From Eledone cirrhosa (Eukaryota), in the NCBI GenBank assembly GCA_964016885.1, contig OZ024747.1, positions 82,150,001 to 82,214,000 of the forward strand: a stretch of DNA of 64,000 bases, written 5' to 3'. Under the pieces are notes generated by a model, which saw only the letters and a program-made list of their open reading frames with translations, was not told where the DNA came from and made no database searches. The translations under genes and the position numbers were made by a program. Shown one piece after another: positions 13,199 through 27,341 of the stretch (position 1 is the first letter of the stretch; every line of letters starts with the position of its first letter).

Positions 13199-13199
<1 letters not shown>
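13122..13199 (-). ncRNA. Type I hammerhead motif with a branched stem II
   Basis: Minus strand: atcaccca-ctgatga-gcaa[gaatt-ggt-aattc][tatt-cacaatt-aata]ttgc-gaaa-gagc-actaa-gctg-tc-tgggtgat; 8-bp stem I, GUC site, one G.G mismatch in stem III. Confidence 0.8.
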
Positions 13200-13280
<81 letters not shown>

Positions 13281-13303
13281 GCAACATGACCCTCCCAAAG
13301 TAT

Positions 13304-13351
<48 letters not shown>

Positions 13352-14521
13352 CTATATGACTATATATAACTATATACATATATATATATATATATATAAA
13401 GACAAGTAGCAATATATGAATACACGCACACACATATATTCATGTCCTTGCGTGCACCTGTATATGTGTGTCTGCTCTGTATGCTAACTAGATCTTAAAA
13501 TCAACATAACAGCTCTATGTATGCATTTAAATCTTTAACTGCAAACTTGAGGCAATTAATACGAAGATATACTCTGATTGGTTGTAACTAGCTCTAAATG
13601 TATAAATAAAGTCTTATGTTCTTCAGTGATAAAGAAAATGAAGAGGATCTTAAGCCGAAACTACCTCTAAATGCCCCTCCCCCTAGTATCAGAAACGTAT
13701 GTTCATAAATGTTAATGTGGGCTTACGCAGAATAAAGATCAACCATAATAATAAGTCACGTATGTTTATATATTTATACATATCTCTGTCTGTAACCCTT
13801 TAAAGTTCACACACCCAAACATACACAATGTATTACTATATCAGTCATGTTACTACACTTTCCAATCACAAGGTGTTGGCTTCTAACCCTACATTTGTTC
13901 CTGGAAATAGTTATTTCTCCAACGTTACTCATAATCTCGAGGAGCTTCAGCGTGACACATTTTTTGACAAAGCTGGGCTTTTGAAAAACTCTTACAGTCA
14001 ACCCAACGGGTTTTCAAGCAAATTCTGTTTACCCAATTTCCTCCACAAAGCCTGAATTGATCACCACGCATGGGTGGCCTCTATTCCCAATGCTATGGAT
14101 ACGCTGGTTGGATCCGTCTCATACTAGACACATACTAGATGAACGCCAACACAAATACAAGAATTATCATAAATATAATTTCAGGTAGCTTAACATTCGC
14201 AAAGATTCGAGTTGATAAAATGCTAGAATGCATCTTATCTAATATATATGTATATAAAGCAATAAAGGACGTCATGTATTAACTATCTAGTTGCTTGGAA
14301 GATTGTCAGACTTTGATAGAGGCATTGAGTGATTCTAAACCGACCAATCGACGATAATACACTATCTGTTAACTTATATGTCTGTTAGCTGTAAATAATA
14401 TATGAGGAACTAAGTTACAAACCATCTTTCAAGTCGACGATAACATCAGATAACTCATTCCTAGATGTCTATACATTATATGTGAGTAACGAATGAATTA
14501 TGAAGATAGGGTTAGAGATAA

Positions 14522-14568
14522 TTTCGTGGCTTACCTTTCATCAGGGTGATGAAAGGTAAGCCACGAAA
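14522..14568. repeat. Perfect 22-bp-arm palindrome whose arms resemble a hammerhead core
   Basis: tttcgtggcttacctttcatca-ggg-tgatgaaaggtaagccacgaaa; the minus strand reads ctgatga-aa-gg-taag-cc-ac-gaaa. Confidence 0.7.
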
Positions 14569-14869
14569 AACTGTAAGTATGGCAATGATGATAGTAATCA
14601 CGGCTGTATTAACCATTAAATAAAATAAGTACGTACTAAGGATCTTAAGGGAAAGGGGGCCCGCCAAAGAAAAAATTCCCAATGTTGAATTTACCAAAGT
14701 ACATAAGGTAAATTATAACCGTTTATAATGAATAAAAAGTGTAAACATTTTTTCCTTTTTCTGTTGTAAGTAAATAAAAGTATCGATCGACTTTCGTCAA
14801 ATCGGACCGAGGAAACAATGTTTTCGTCGGTCTTTCCAGTTGCTAGTACTATCTACCGGTCGCAACTCC

Positions 14870-14998
14870 AGGTAGAAAGAGCAACGTGAAATAGAGTGTC
14901 TTGTTCAAGGACACAACGCATCGCCCGGTCCAGGAATCGAACTCACAACCTTAAGATTGTGAATCCAATTCTCTAACCACTCAGCCACACGTCTTCAC
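14870..14998 (-). mobile_element. CORE-like SINE 5' fragment
   Basis: gtgtcttgttcaaggacacaacgc...ctctaaccactcagccacacgtcttcaca. Confidence 0.75.
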
Positions 14999-15687
14999 AA
15001 GTAAATAATTTGTAAGTAAATAATTTGTTTTGACTCGTTATTACCATTAAGTATTAAATTAATACAATTTAATGAAATCTTCAAACGAAAAAGATTATAT
15101 TTAAAATAACTGTGGGGTCTGGCCTGCGAGAAAACTGAGTTTTTAATCTATTACTTTATACGCAGAACTTATGTGTTTCTGCCTAGCCAGTTGGACAATA
15201 GAAGAGACAAGGTGGGCATCATTGTTATGGGAATATTTTGGAGAGGACCAGGGAACAACTCTTAAATCTTAGAACGTATGTCCAGCAAACAAAATATGTG
15301 GTTTGATCACTAATAGTGTCTAACGTAATTAAACGTAATTAATGTAGTAATCAAAGAAAATCTTCAAACAATGAACATTAAACACGTAATATGTAGAATC
15401 AGCGCGGTTAATGATAATTTTTGCTATGAAAAGCAAGCGAGATAACTCTACTTTATTTGAGAAAAGTTCAGGCAATAACTCAGTATCATTTAAATACGTG
15501 GCTCAATCCCTAACAGGGGGCTCAATAATCTATTTCAAACTGTTGTTATGAATGTAAGATCCTTGTATGTGTATGTATGTATATGTGTGTATGTGGGTAT
15601 TTACCACTATTCCAATATACTGCTTATCTATGCACGCACACGCACACACACGCATATGTGTAAATTCAGACATACACACAAACCTGG

Positions 15688-15738
<51 letters not shown>

Positions 15739-16678
15739 TATGTGAGAATGCATTGTGTGAGTATATTTTCATATTTGTTTTATATGCGTATGTAAATCCC
15801 AAACACCAATATAATCCTTGAAAGACATCAAACCAGAGTTTTGATATTATCACTGGAATAGAATCACTTTCAACAATTCCTCATCAAAGCAGAATAATGC
15901 CCTATGGCAGAGATCAAACCAACTAAATTGCGAAAGCAACAACCTGAAGGAAAGAGTGCCAAATCACAAAGACAAGGAACAAAAGAAAAGCAAAAGCAAA
16001 TGATAGAAAATAGAGATAGAATAAGGAACTCTTGTAGCGAAACGAAACATCACACGGCTGATTTAATAATAGTAGACACTTATTCCATAAACAACATAAG
16101 GACTACCAATAAGGCCTAAGTCAGCTTGAAAAACATTATGCTAGTGAGAAAGTACAAACGGCTAGTATATATAAACTAGGATAAAGAAAGAAAGACTATC
16201 GTAGAGAATATGAAGTCAGTAGTGATTAGCTTCTTAGGTAAAAGAAACAGCAGCAATTGATAGACTGTTGAGCAAAATAATAATGTCAAATGAAGAAATC
16301 ATACAACGTAAGCGGCTGCATAAGATTGAATCGTGTTGCGAAATTCACTGTCCTGAATTATGTAAATTTACTGAACGTTTCTACATTAAAGTCTATCAGA
16401 CTTTTAATGGCCCACTATCGTCTGGACTGTTATGAGTTGCTCATTTATAAGAAATCCTCAGTTGCAAGTGTTAATATTTATTTCCTGCTCTGAAGTAAGT
16501 AAATTTACTGAATGTTTCTACATATCGTCTGCTATGTTATGAGCTGATCGTTTGTAAGGATTTCTCAAATGTAAAGAGTAAATTTGATCTCGAGGTTTAT
16601 ATTGTAGATATTTAATATTTGCGAACCAATACCTAAACAAATTAGAAATTAGTTTGATTGATTAATAATCCAGGTTTA

Positions 16679-16955
16679 TGTGAAGGCGCATGGCTTAGTG
16701 GTTAAGGCATTGGGCTTGCAATCGGAAGTTTGTGAGTTCGATTCTCGGATCGGGTGATGCGTTGTGTCCTTGAGCAAGACACTTTATTTCACGATGCACC
16801 AGTTTACTCAGCTGTAGAAATGAGTTGAGACGTCACTGGTGTCAAGCTGTATCGGCCATTGCCTTTCCCATGGACAACATCGGTGGCGTGGAGAGGGGTG
16901 ACTGGTATGCATGGGTGACTGCTGGTTTTCCACAAACAACCTTGCCCGGACTTGG
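16679..16955 (+). mobile_element. CORE-like tRNA-derived SINE
   Basis: A box tggcttagtgg, B box gagttcgattc, then ttgtgtccttgagcaagacacttt; tail shared with 26640-26920. Confidence 0.85.
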
Positions 16956-17654
16956 GTCTTTACTACATAATCCAGATTTATAAAGAAATCTAAACGGTTG
17001 GTAGAAAGGCTTGCTTTCTGCCAATGGTATTTGTAATGTAGCAAAGTGAACTCTCTTTAGCGAAAAAGCAAATCCCTTTTGCGAGAATCGTCTCATCGAT
17101 ACTAACGCTCAACTCGACTGAAGTATAGTCAACGAAGGTAACATCAGGATGTTATCTGTACTTATATCATAAACTGCGGAGTGATTAAGTGTAAACTTAA
17201 AATGTTTATATTTTTTGGTGTAGCGAGAAGGAACTGGTTTGTGGCTGTACTTATCGCTTTCATAATGATAGCAACAGAGTTAATATTTCTTTTTCTTGCG
17301 CGCAGATGAATTTTTCAAGCCACGACGCCTTTTCAGAACTAGTTTTATATTAATGATGGAATCGTTGCGTGGCATCGTTTGGGAAGGGGAACAAACACAG
17401 TTGATGTAGAAAAAAAACTGAATATCGTGGAATAAGAATAATATAACATTCCAAAGACATACAGAACAAAAGAATGAACGAATTTATATATTCCTGCAGG
17501 GATGTCTTTGGGTGGCCAAGACGTATGTTTAAAAAGGATGTGCCCCACCCCATATATATATATATGTATATGTATACACACACACACACACATATATATA
17601 TGTATATATATATATGTATATATGTATAAATATATGTATATGTATATATATATG

Positions 17655-17687
<33 letters not shown>

Positions 17688-17700
17688 GTATATATATATG

Positions 17701-17807
<107 letters not shown>

Positions 17808-18866
17808 GGGACCACTACTGTTTTTGGTGGCTCTCTCGGACATGCCCTCTGTGGTGCATGCAACAACATCCCTCACTAGCTATGCTGATGACACTAAGGT
17901 AGCACAGGCAAGCAAAAACCCGGCTGACGCTGCCCTTTTACAGCAGGATCTGGATGCCATATACAAATGGGCGGAAGAAAGCAACATGCAGTTTAATGCT
18001 GGCAAATTCCAAGCCCTACAATACAAATCTGCAAACACAAATATAGTGGAACACAGCTACACAGGACCAGGAGGGACCGATATCCCCGTGTCAAAATCGA
18101 TACGAGACCTGGGCATAGACATGAGCGATGATGCATCTTTTTCTTCACACATCATGAAAGTGGCGACAATGTGCAGACAACTCGCTAGCTGGATCTTGAG
18201 GACTTTCTGGACAAGAGATCGAGACACCATGTTGACACTGTGGAGGACTTTTGTCCTAAGCCGCCTGGACTACTGCTCCCAGTTGTGGTCACCCCATAGT
18301 GTCAAACTAACCACGGAGTTTGAGGCAATCCAGAGAAGCTACACCAAGAGGATTGTCAAGATGAGGGAGACAAGCTACTGGGAGAGGCTAAAGGAACTGA
18401 ACCTCTACTCCTTGGAGCGAAGACGGGAGAGATACACAGTGATCTACATGTGGAAAATCCTGGAGGGACTAGCACCAAACTTTGGCATTGGGAGCTGGAC
18501 CAACCGTCGAACAGGACGTCACTGTGTTGTGCCAAAGGTCCCGTCTTCCACAGCTAGAATAAGGAGCAGGTATTGCAATAGCCTGGGAGTCAAGGGCCCT
18601 CAACTCTTCAACAGGCTGCCGAGGGATCTGAGAGACTTGCATGACGTGGAGGTGGATGTCTTTAAGAAACATCTCGACACCTTGTTATCCAGGATCCCGG
18701 ATGAGCCCACAGCAAGACACGAGGGAAACCTAAGGGCAGCAGCAACAAACTCCCTCTTACACCAGTGGCCAACCTATACAGGCTGGAGATAAAATGTGTA
18801 GCAACAAGGGCGGTGCCCCAGCATGGCCTCAGCCGGATGGCTGAAACAGGTAAAAGAGTAAAAGAA
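17808..18866 (+). mobile_element. 5'-truncated CR1-group LINE (family 2) inside (TA)n
   Basis: Highly similar to 22905-23955; open frame to 18792 with SYADD and [10 protein letters not shown]; ends gtaaaagagtaaaaga. Confidence 0.95.
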
Positions 18867-18994
18867 TATATATATATGTATATATATATATATGTATATG
18901 TATATATGTACATATATGTGTATTATATGTATATATGTATATATTATATATATGTATATATATATGTATGTATATATGTATATATATATGTATG

Positions 18995-19084
<90 letters not shown>

Positions 19085-20007
19085 GGCTTCGCAACTTGTT
19101 GGTATAAGACGTGAATTGTCGTCTCTCCAGATTTGAAATTTTAATATTTTAAATCGACAGTAATCTGATTTATGTATGGTTTTAATTTTTCAGAGGACAA
19201 GGAAAACATACAAAAAAGATAAGTTTTTGTGCTTTGACGCAATTATTTTGAAGTATATTTTACATATATTACCGTTTTGAACATGTTTATTTTCACTGTG
19301 TGATACCTTCATAGGAGACAACACACACACGTGCTTTCGATTTTTCTTGACTACCATACAGAGCATACGTAATCTAATTTTAGTTTAACTTAAACAGATC
19401 TTGTATTATTTTGATTTTTCTGAGTAACATAATTTAATTTAATATAATCTTGTTTAATTTGGTATAATCTCATCTGTTTTTGACTCGGTTTTGTTGTTTC
19501 TTGTTTGATATGTTGATATTACAATAACTTCGTATATTTGTAAACAAACATTTAGATTCAACTTATATACAACTTACATCGTGTTTCTATATCTCTATGA
19601 TTCCGGTTTCTTCCATTCATTATTTTAATTTAAAATTTATTTTATATTTATGAACTGCTATTGCTCACGCTGTCTCTATCTCTCTCCTTCCTTCCTCTCT
19701 CTCTCTCTCCCTCTCTCTCTCTCTAGATCAACGAGCTCTCTCTCTCTCCCTCTCCCTCCCTCTCTCTCTCTATATATATCCTCTCTCTCTCTCTGACCTC
19801 CCCCCCCCACTCTTCCCGCTATCTCTCTCGCTCCCCTCTTCTGTCTCTCCCCCTTTTCTTTTCTTTTCTTCTGTTTCTCTTTCTTTTTCTCGCTGGAGTT
19901 ATATTTATCTCACTGGTGTTATATCTCTATATCCCTCCCTCCCTCTGTCCCTCTCTAACCTCTACCCTACACTTCCCACTGTCTCTCTTTCTCCCCTCCA
20001 CAGCGAA

Positions 20008-20766
20008 ATGGACTGCATGCAGGAAAAAGGTGAAACTAGGAGTCAACGAAACTGGTCAAAGATGGAACTAGCGGTTTTGATCAAGGGGTGGACCATGGCT
20101 GATGGGTCTCCACCAAGCAAAAAGATGGCGGAGAACCTGAAGAGCCATGGGTTTCTGAGGACCCTGGCACAGATAGAGAGAAAGAGAAAAGAAATTGAGA
20201 AGGCGTATGTCCTCATAGCGCCACATATGGCGATGCTAAGCCGTGTCCTCAGGGAGGAGAAAACCGAAGGGAGGGACGAGGAGAAGGAGAGGGAAAAGGA
20301 GGAGGAAAAAGAAAAGGAGGAGAGCACAAGCACGGACCTGAAAGAAAATGATATACCCTCCGCCACAGGCAGGGAGGGCAGGCCGGGCAACCAACAAGCT
20401 AAGGGCAAAGGTGAAAAGCGAAATCACCTTCCGAAGGAGAACCAAGCGCAGAGGGACCAGTGGACAACTGTTCAAAGGAAGAACAGAAAGCACCGAGACA
20501 CTGGGAGCAAAAAACCCCAAGTAATGTGCAAGTTTTTCAAGAACGGGACATGCTGGCATGGAGAGACAGGGATGGGATGCAGATTCGCCCACCCTAGGTC
20601 TCAAACGAACTATGCCCATCATACTCGCGCAACATGCCCCAGCCAAAGCCGAAATAAGCCGCTCCAGAAGTATGCTGATGTCGCGCATGCTGCACCAACA
20701 AGGAGAAGGCACGCACATGCCGACGAGATACAGATGGCAGCAGCAGAGCCGAAAAAAATTTTTTAG
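20008..20766 (+). CDS. LINE ORF1: Myb/SANT-like N-terminus, charged linker, CCCH zinc finger
   Basis: RNWSKMELAVLIKGW...KKMAENLKSHGFLRTLAQIERKRKEIEKAY; CKFFKNGTCWHGETGMGCRFAHP; lies directly upstream of ORF2. Confidence 0.75.
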   Translation: MDCMQEKGETRSQRNWSKMELAVLIKGWTMADGSPPSKKMAENLKSHGFLRTLAQIERKRKEIEKAYVLIAPHMAMLSRVLREEKTEGRDEEKEREKEEEKEKEESTSTDLKENDIPSATGREGRPGNQQAKGKGEKRNHLPKENQAQRDQWTTVQRKNRKHRDTGSKKPQVMCKFFKNGTCWHGETGMGCRFAHPRSQTNYAHHTRATCPSQSRNKPLQKYADVAHAAPTRRRHAHADEIQMAAAEPKKIF

Positions 20767-20796
20767 TGATGGCAGAGAAGATTGTGGGACAGCTGA

Positions 20797-23700
20797 CCTG
20801 GCTGCATTGTCTCCAGAGCCAGGGTCGAGACCACCGCAGTTAAGGGACCCAGAGTGGCCGCCGCTGACACCAGACCAGGTGTCATACCTACAGCCATTAC
20901 TGGCACCCCAAAAGTCACACCAGTGCTGCTGCTGAATGTCAGGGGCCTGGTGAAACTCAGTAACATGAGTAAAATTTAATACCTGGGAGACTTAGCCATA
21001 AGCAATCAAGCACTATGCATGGCACTAACCGAAACGCACCTGACAAGCAGTATAGCAGATGCAGAAATACATATACCGAAATATACTGTATTTCGTTCGG
21101 ACAGGAAGGAGAGAACTCATGGTGGGGTTGCTCTGTATATCCGTGAAGATGTCACACCAATTGTACTGTTGACACATTTAAACTCAGTCTGTGACACACT
21201 GATAATACATATGAAGCAACTACAGACAGTAATATGTGTCACATATCGGCCGCCCGATGCCCCCAGTCATGAGGGTAAATTTGAGGATAGCCTAAGTAGG
21301 ATAGAAGAGGTCCTTGACAAACTGGACCAGGGTCTCAACATCCTACTGCTGGGAGACTTCAACCTACCAAAGGTCAAATGGCCTGAGGGCCACCTCCTCC
21401 CTGGAATGACGTCAATAGAACAGAGACAGACGGAATCCCTGCTGGCCCTCACACACAGGCTGTTCATGGAGCAAGCAATACTCCTCCCAACAAGAGGCGA
21501 AAATGTCCTGGACCTCTGTTTTACAAACAACGAAGTGCTCATCCACAATGTAAAGGTGACACCAACAATTCTCTCGGATCATAACTTAGTAGAGCTAATG
21601 ATATGTGGTCCAGGAGAACCAACAGAGACAAAACCACCAAGAAACTCCGGGACCCTATCCAACCTTAACTTCTACAAGGCTAACTGGAAAAAGATTAAGA
21701 GTGAAATCCGGAAGCAAACATGGAGTGAAAACACCGCCACACAAGACACTAACACACAATTTCAACACTTCATGACAACGATACACACCATATGCAAAAA
21801 GTGTGTCCCGGAGAAAGAGGCAAACAGACACAAAAATCTTATTCCCAGAGATAGGAAAATCCTTATGAGACGTAGAACTAAACTCTCAAACCAGTTGAAT
21901 AGTCAACAAAACAAAAACAAGAAGGAATCCTATTTGAAACGTGCACTACTTGACACCGAGATTGCACTCAAACTTTCACATGAGAATGAGAGGGCAAAGA
22001 AAGAGAACAGGGCCATAGAAAACATTAAAACAAACCCTAAGGCCTTCTTTAAATTTGCAAAAGAAACTGCCTCAGTACACTGCAAGATTGGGCCACTCTT
22101 CCACACGGACGGTTCATTAACCGAAAATCCCCAAGAGATATGTGAAATACTGAACGAACAGTACAAAAGTGTCTTCACATGTCCACTGAGGCACATGCAA
22201 ATAACGAAGCCGGAGGAATTCTTTGATGCCACAACACTACATCAAGAAATGGCAACCATCAACCACATAGACATAACGGAGGAGGATGTGGTGTACGCCA
22301 TTGATGAAATTAGAACAGACTCGGCTGCTGGACCTGATGGATTCCCAGCAGTTCTCTTAAAAATATGTAAGCGGGCCTTAGCAACTCCACTGAAGATGCT
22401 CTTCAGAAGCTCCTTGGCTAGCGGTGTACTACCCAGGGAGCTGAAAGAAGGCACAATATGCCCTATCCATAAAGGAGGTAGTAGAGTGGAGGCCAAGAAC
22501 TATAGGCCAGTCTCCCTGACGTCGCATATCAGTAAGGTCATGGAGCGAGTCGTCAGAAAGAAACTAATCACTTTCCTCGAAGAAAATGACCGCCTGACTA
22601 GCACGCAACATGGCTTCCGCCCAGGAAGAAGCTGCCTTACACAGCTGCTACATCACTACGACTGGGTACTGAGACAACTACTAGACAGCTCACATGTGGA
22701 CGTGATATATCTTGACTTTGCGAAGGCCTTTGACAAGGTCGACCACGGAATGATATGTCACAAACTACACGGACTCGGCATAACTGGAAAAGTAGGTGAG
22801 TGGCTGCATGGCTTCCTAAGGGACAGAAGCCAGGCAGTCGCAGCAAATGGGGCCCTCTGGAGGGAAACACCGATAACAAGTGGGGTGCCCCAGGGGACAG
22901 TCCTGGGACCACTACCGTTTTTGGTGGCTCTCTCGGACATGCCCTCTGTGGTGCATGCAACAACATCCCTCACTAGCATGCTGATGACACTAAGGTAGCA
23001 CAGGCAATCAAAAACCCGGCTGACGCTGCCCTTTTACAGCAGGATCTAGATGCCATATACAGATGGGCGGAAGAAAACAACATGCAGTTTAATGCTGGCA
23101 AATTCCAAGCCCTACAATACAAACCTGCAAACACAAATATAGTGGAACACAGCTACACAGGACCAGGAGGGACCGATATCCCCGTGTCAAAATCGATACG
23201 AGACCTGGGCATAGACATGAGCGATGATGCATCTTTTTCTTCACACATCATGAAAGTGGCGACAACGTGCAGACGACTCGCTGGCTGGATCTTGAGGACT
23301 TTCCGGACAAGAGATCGCGACACCATGTTGACACTGTGGAGGACTTTTGTCCTAAGCCGCCTGGACTACTGCTCCCAGTTGTGGTCACCCCATAGTGTCA
23401 AACTAACCACGGAGCTTGAGGCAATCCAGCGAAGCTACACCAAGAGGATTGCCAAGATGAGGGAGACAAGCTACTGGGAGAGGCTAAATGAACTGAACCT
23501 CTACTCCTTGGAGCGAAGACGGGAGAGATACGCAGTGATCTACATGTGGAAAATCCTGGAGGGACTAGCACCAAACTTTGGCATTGGGAGCTGGACCAAC
23601 CGTCGAACAGGACGTCACTGTGTGGTGCCAAAGGTCCCGTCTTCCACATCTAGAAAAAGGAGCAGGTATTGCAATAGCCTGGGATTCAAGGGCCCTCAAC

Positions 23701-23880
23701 TCTTCAACAGGCTGCCGAGGGATCTGAGAGATCGTGGAGGTGGATGTCTTTAAGAAACATCTCGACACCTTGTTATCCAGGATCCCGGATGAGCCCACAG
23801 CAAGACACGAGGGAAACCTAAGGGCAGCAGCAACAAACTCCCTCTTACACCAGTGGCCAACCTATACAGGCTGGAGATAA
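20797..23880 (+). pseudogene. LINE ORF2 (APE-RT), disrupted
   Basis: VLLLNVRGL, then in-frame TAA at 20977; ORF 21019-22998; 1-nt deletion near 22978 destroys YADD (compare 17881); further deletion near 23731. Confidence 0.9.
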
Positions 23881-24187
23881 AATGTGTAGCAACAAGGGCG
23901 GTGCCCCAGCATGGCCTCAGCCGGATGGCTGAAACAGGTAAAAGAGTAAAAGAGTATATATATATTTCGTTTCTGAATTTGTTTAGCAAGATTCTTTATC
24001 TGAAATCGTGTGTTGAAACCGATATTGTTATACTTTGGGAGGGTCATGTTGCCAATAAGAAACACACGCACCAGTTGATTTCACTTCAATTTATTATATA
24101 TTTATAAATTTATAAATTTACAAATTTACAAACTTATAAATTTCTGGTTGGTTGGTTGGTTCTACAACCAGATCGTTGTTTATATAT

Positions 24188-24232
24188 AGTCATAGTCCTT
24201 TCGTCACACACTCTGTGACCTCTTCAGTGACT
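24188..24232 (-). ncRNA. Minimal type I hammerhead ribozyme, intact core
   Basis: Exact reverse complement of 24546-24590. Confidence 0.85.
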
Positions 24233-24545
24233 GAGGATTCCTTTCTTCGTTTCTGTGCCTTTCCTTTCTTCTATCCTACGCCATTTTGTTTCTGTGTGTG
24301 TGTTGTGTGCTCAGTTTGCGCATGCGCCACATCCGGGTGTCTGTGTGTGTTTGTGTTCATTTATCTATTTGTTTATTTATTTATTTATTTATTGTTGGTT
24401 GGTTGTTTGTTCTATGTGTGTGTGTGTTTTCATTTTGTCCTGTGTGTGTTTTCATTTTGTGTGTGTTTTCATTTTGTCCTTAATTGTAAGTTGTTTGTTC
24501 TATGTGTAAGAAAGGAAAGGCACGGAAACGAAGAAAGGAATCCCC

Positions 24546-24590
24546 AGTCACTGAAGAGGTCACAGAGTGTGTGACGAAAGGACTATGACT
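24546..24590 (+). ncRNA. Minimal type I hammerhead ribozyme, intact core
   Basis: agtca-ctgaaga-g-gtcaca-gagtg-tgtgac-gaaa-ggac-ta-tgact; stem I 5 bp, stem II 6 bp, 1-bp stem III, CUA site. Confidence 0.85.
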
Positions 24591-24752
24591 ATATATAAAC
24601 AACGATCTGGTTGTAGAACCAACCAACCAACCAGAAATTTATAAGTTTGTAAATTTGTAAATTTATAAATTTATAAATATATAATAAATTGAAGTGAAAT
24701 CAACTGGTGCGTGTGTTTCTTATTGGCAACATGACCCTCCCAAAGTATAACA

Positions 24753-26495
<1,743 letters not shown>

Positions 26496-26509
26496 TAAAG
26501 GCCTCCATC

Positions 26510-26920
26510 GGTCACTAGAAAATGGTTTTACACACTAGAATGATTCCCTCCGAGACTATATGTTTATAGTGGTGATGATTCTACCAGTGGAAGACCCCCT
26601 TGTGTCATGAATAACCATGTGGTTTGCACCTAGAAAGTGTCTCGCCGAGGAAAAAGTCTGCGCCAGGTGTTTCAAGAAGACCAGCAGTCGCCCATACATA
26701 CCAGCCTTCCCTCTCCATGCCACTGATGATGTTCAAGGGAAAGGCAATGGCTGATACTCCTTGGCACCAATGACGTCACAACTCATTTCTACAGCTGAGT
26801 AAACTGTTGCAACGTGAAATAAAGTGTCTTGCTCAATGACACAATGCATCATCCGGTCTGAGAATCGAACTCAACCTTTTATTTGCAAGCCCAACGCTCT
26901 AACCACTAAGCCATGTGCCT
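26510..26920 (-). mobile_element. CORE-like SINE with a long tail
   Basis: Reverse-complement similarity to 16679-16955, extending further 3'. Confidence 0.8.
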
Positions 26921-27172
26921 ATATATATATAATCGATTTATTCCAGAAAAGGAGATAGAGATAGAGAGAAGAAGAGATATAGAGGAAGAAGTATTGACAC
27001 CATCAATACTGGACTGATACATTTTCTATCGACATCGATCTCGAAAAGCAAAGATGACTTTGAACTCAGAGCGCAGAGAAACGGAACGAATACCGGAAAA
27101 CATTCTGGCGTTGTAACGACTCTGCTAATTCGCTGCCTCAAAGTACACATTACCTATATAGATATACATATA

Positions 27173-27341
27173 CCGTATTTCCCGGCGCCGATGACGCTTC
27201 GTCCTCGTGGACGTACCCTAATTTTGACAACCAAACATTAGAAAAAAATTAATAATCAACCTTCGGCTCCCAGGACGCATGGTAGAATTTTTGAAACTTA
27301 TTTTAGGAAAGAAGTAGCGTCTTCGACGTCGGGAAATACGG
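27173..27341. mobile_element. Tc1/mariner (pogo-like) MITE
   Basis: TA|ccgtatttcccggcgccgatgacgc ... gcgtcttcgacgtcgggaaatacgg|TA. Confidence 0.85.

Larger units (their letters stand above)
19880..23955 (+). mobile_element. Near full-length CR1-group LINE (family 2), disabled; 5' boundary approximate
   Basis: Pyrimidine-rich leader, ORF1, APE-RT ORF2 with a stop and frameshifts, 3' end (gtaaaaga)2 followed by TA. Confidence 0.9.
24026..24752. mobile_element. Fold-back element with ~245-bp near-perfect inverted arms, each carrying a hammerhead
   Basis: Arms 24026-24270 and 24508-24752 around a GT-rich spacer; the terminal ~35 bp also occurs alone at 13276-13308 within (TA)n. Confidence 0.9.

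Noticed and set aside
13560-14480. Possible decayed Penelope body (atgaaga-gg..cc-gaaa; FLDV-like codons near 14458)
   Set aside because: Too degenerate to support without a profile search.
16679-16760. tRNA-like sequence
   Set aside because: It is a SINE head with A/B boxes and no full cloverleaf, and it continues into the repeat body.
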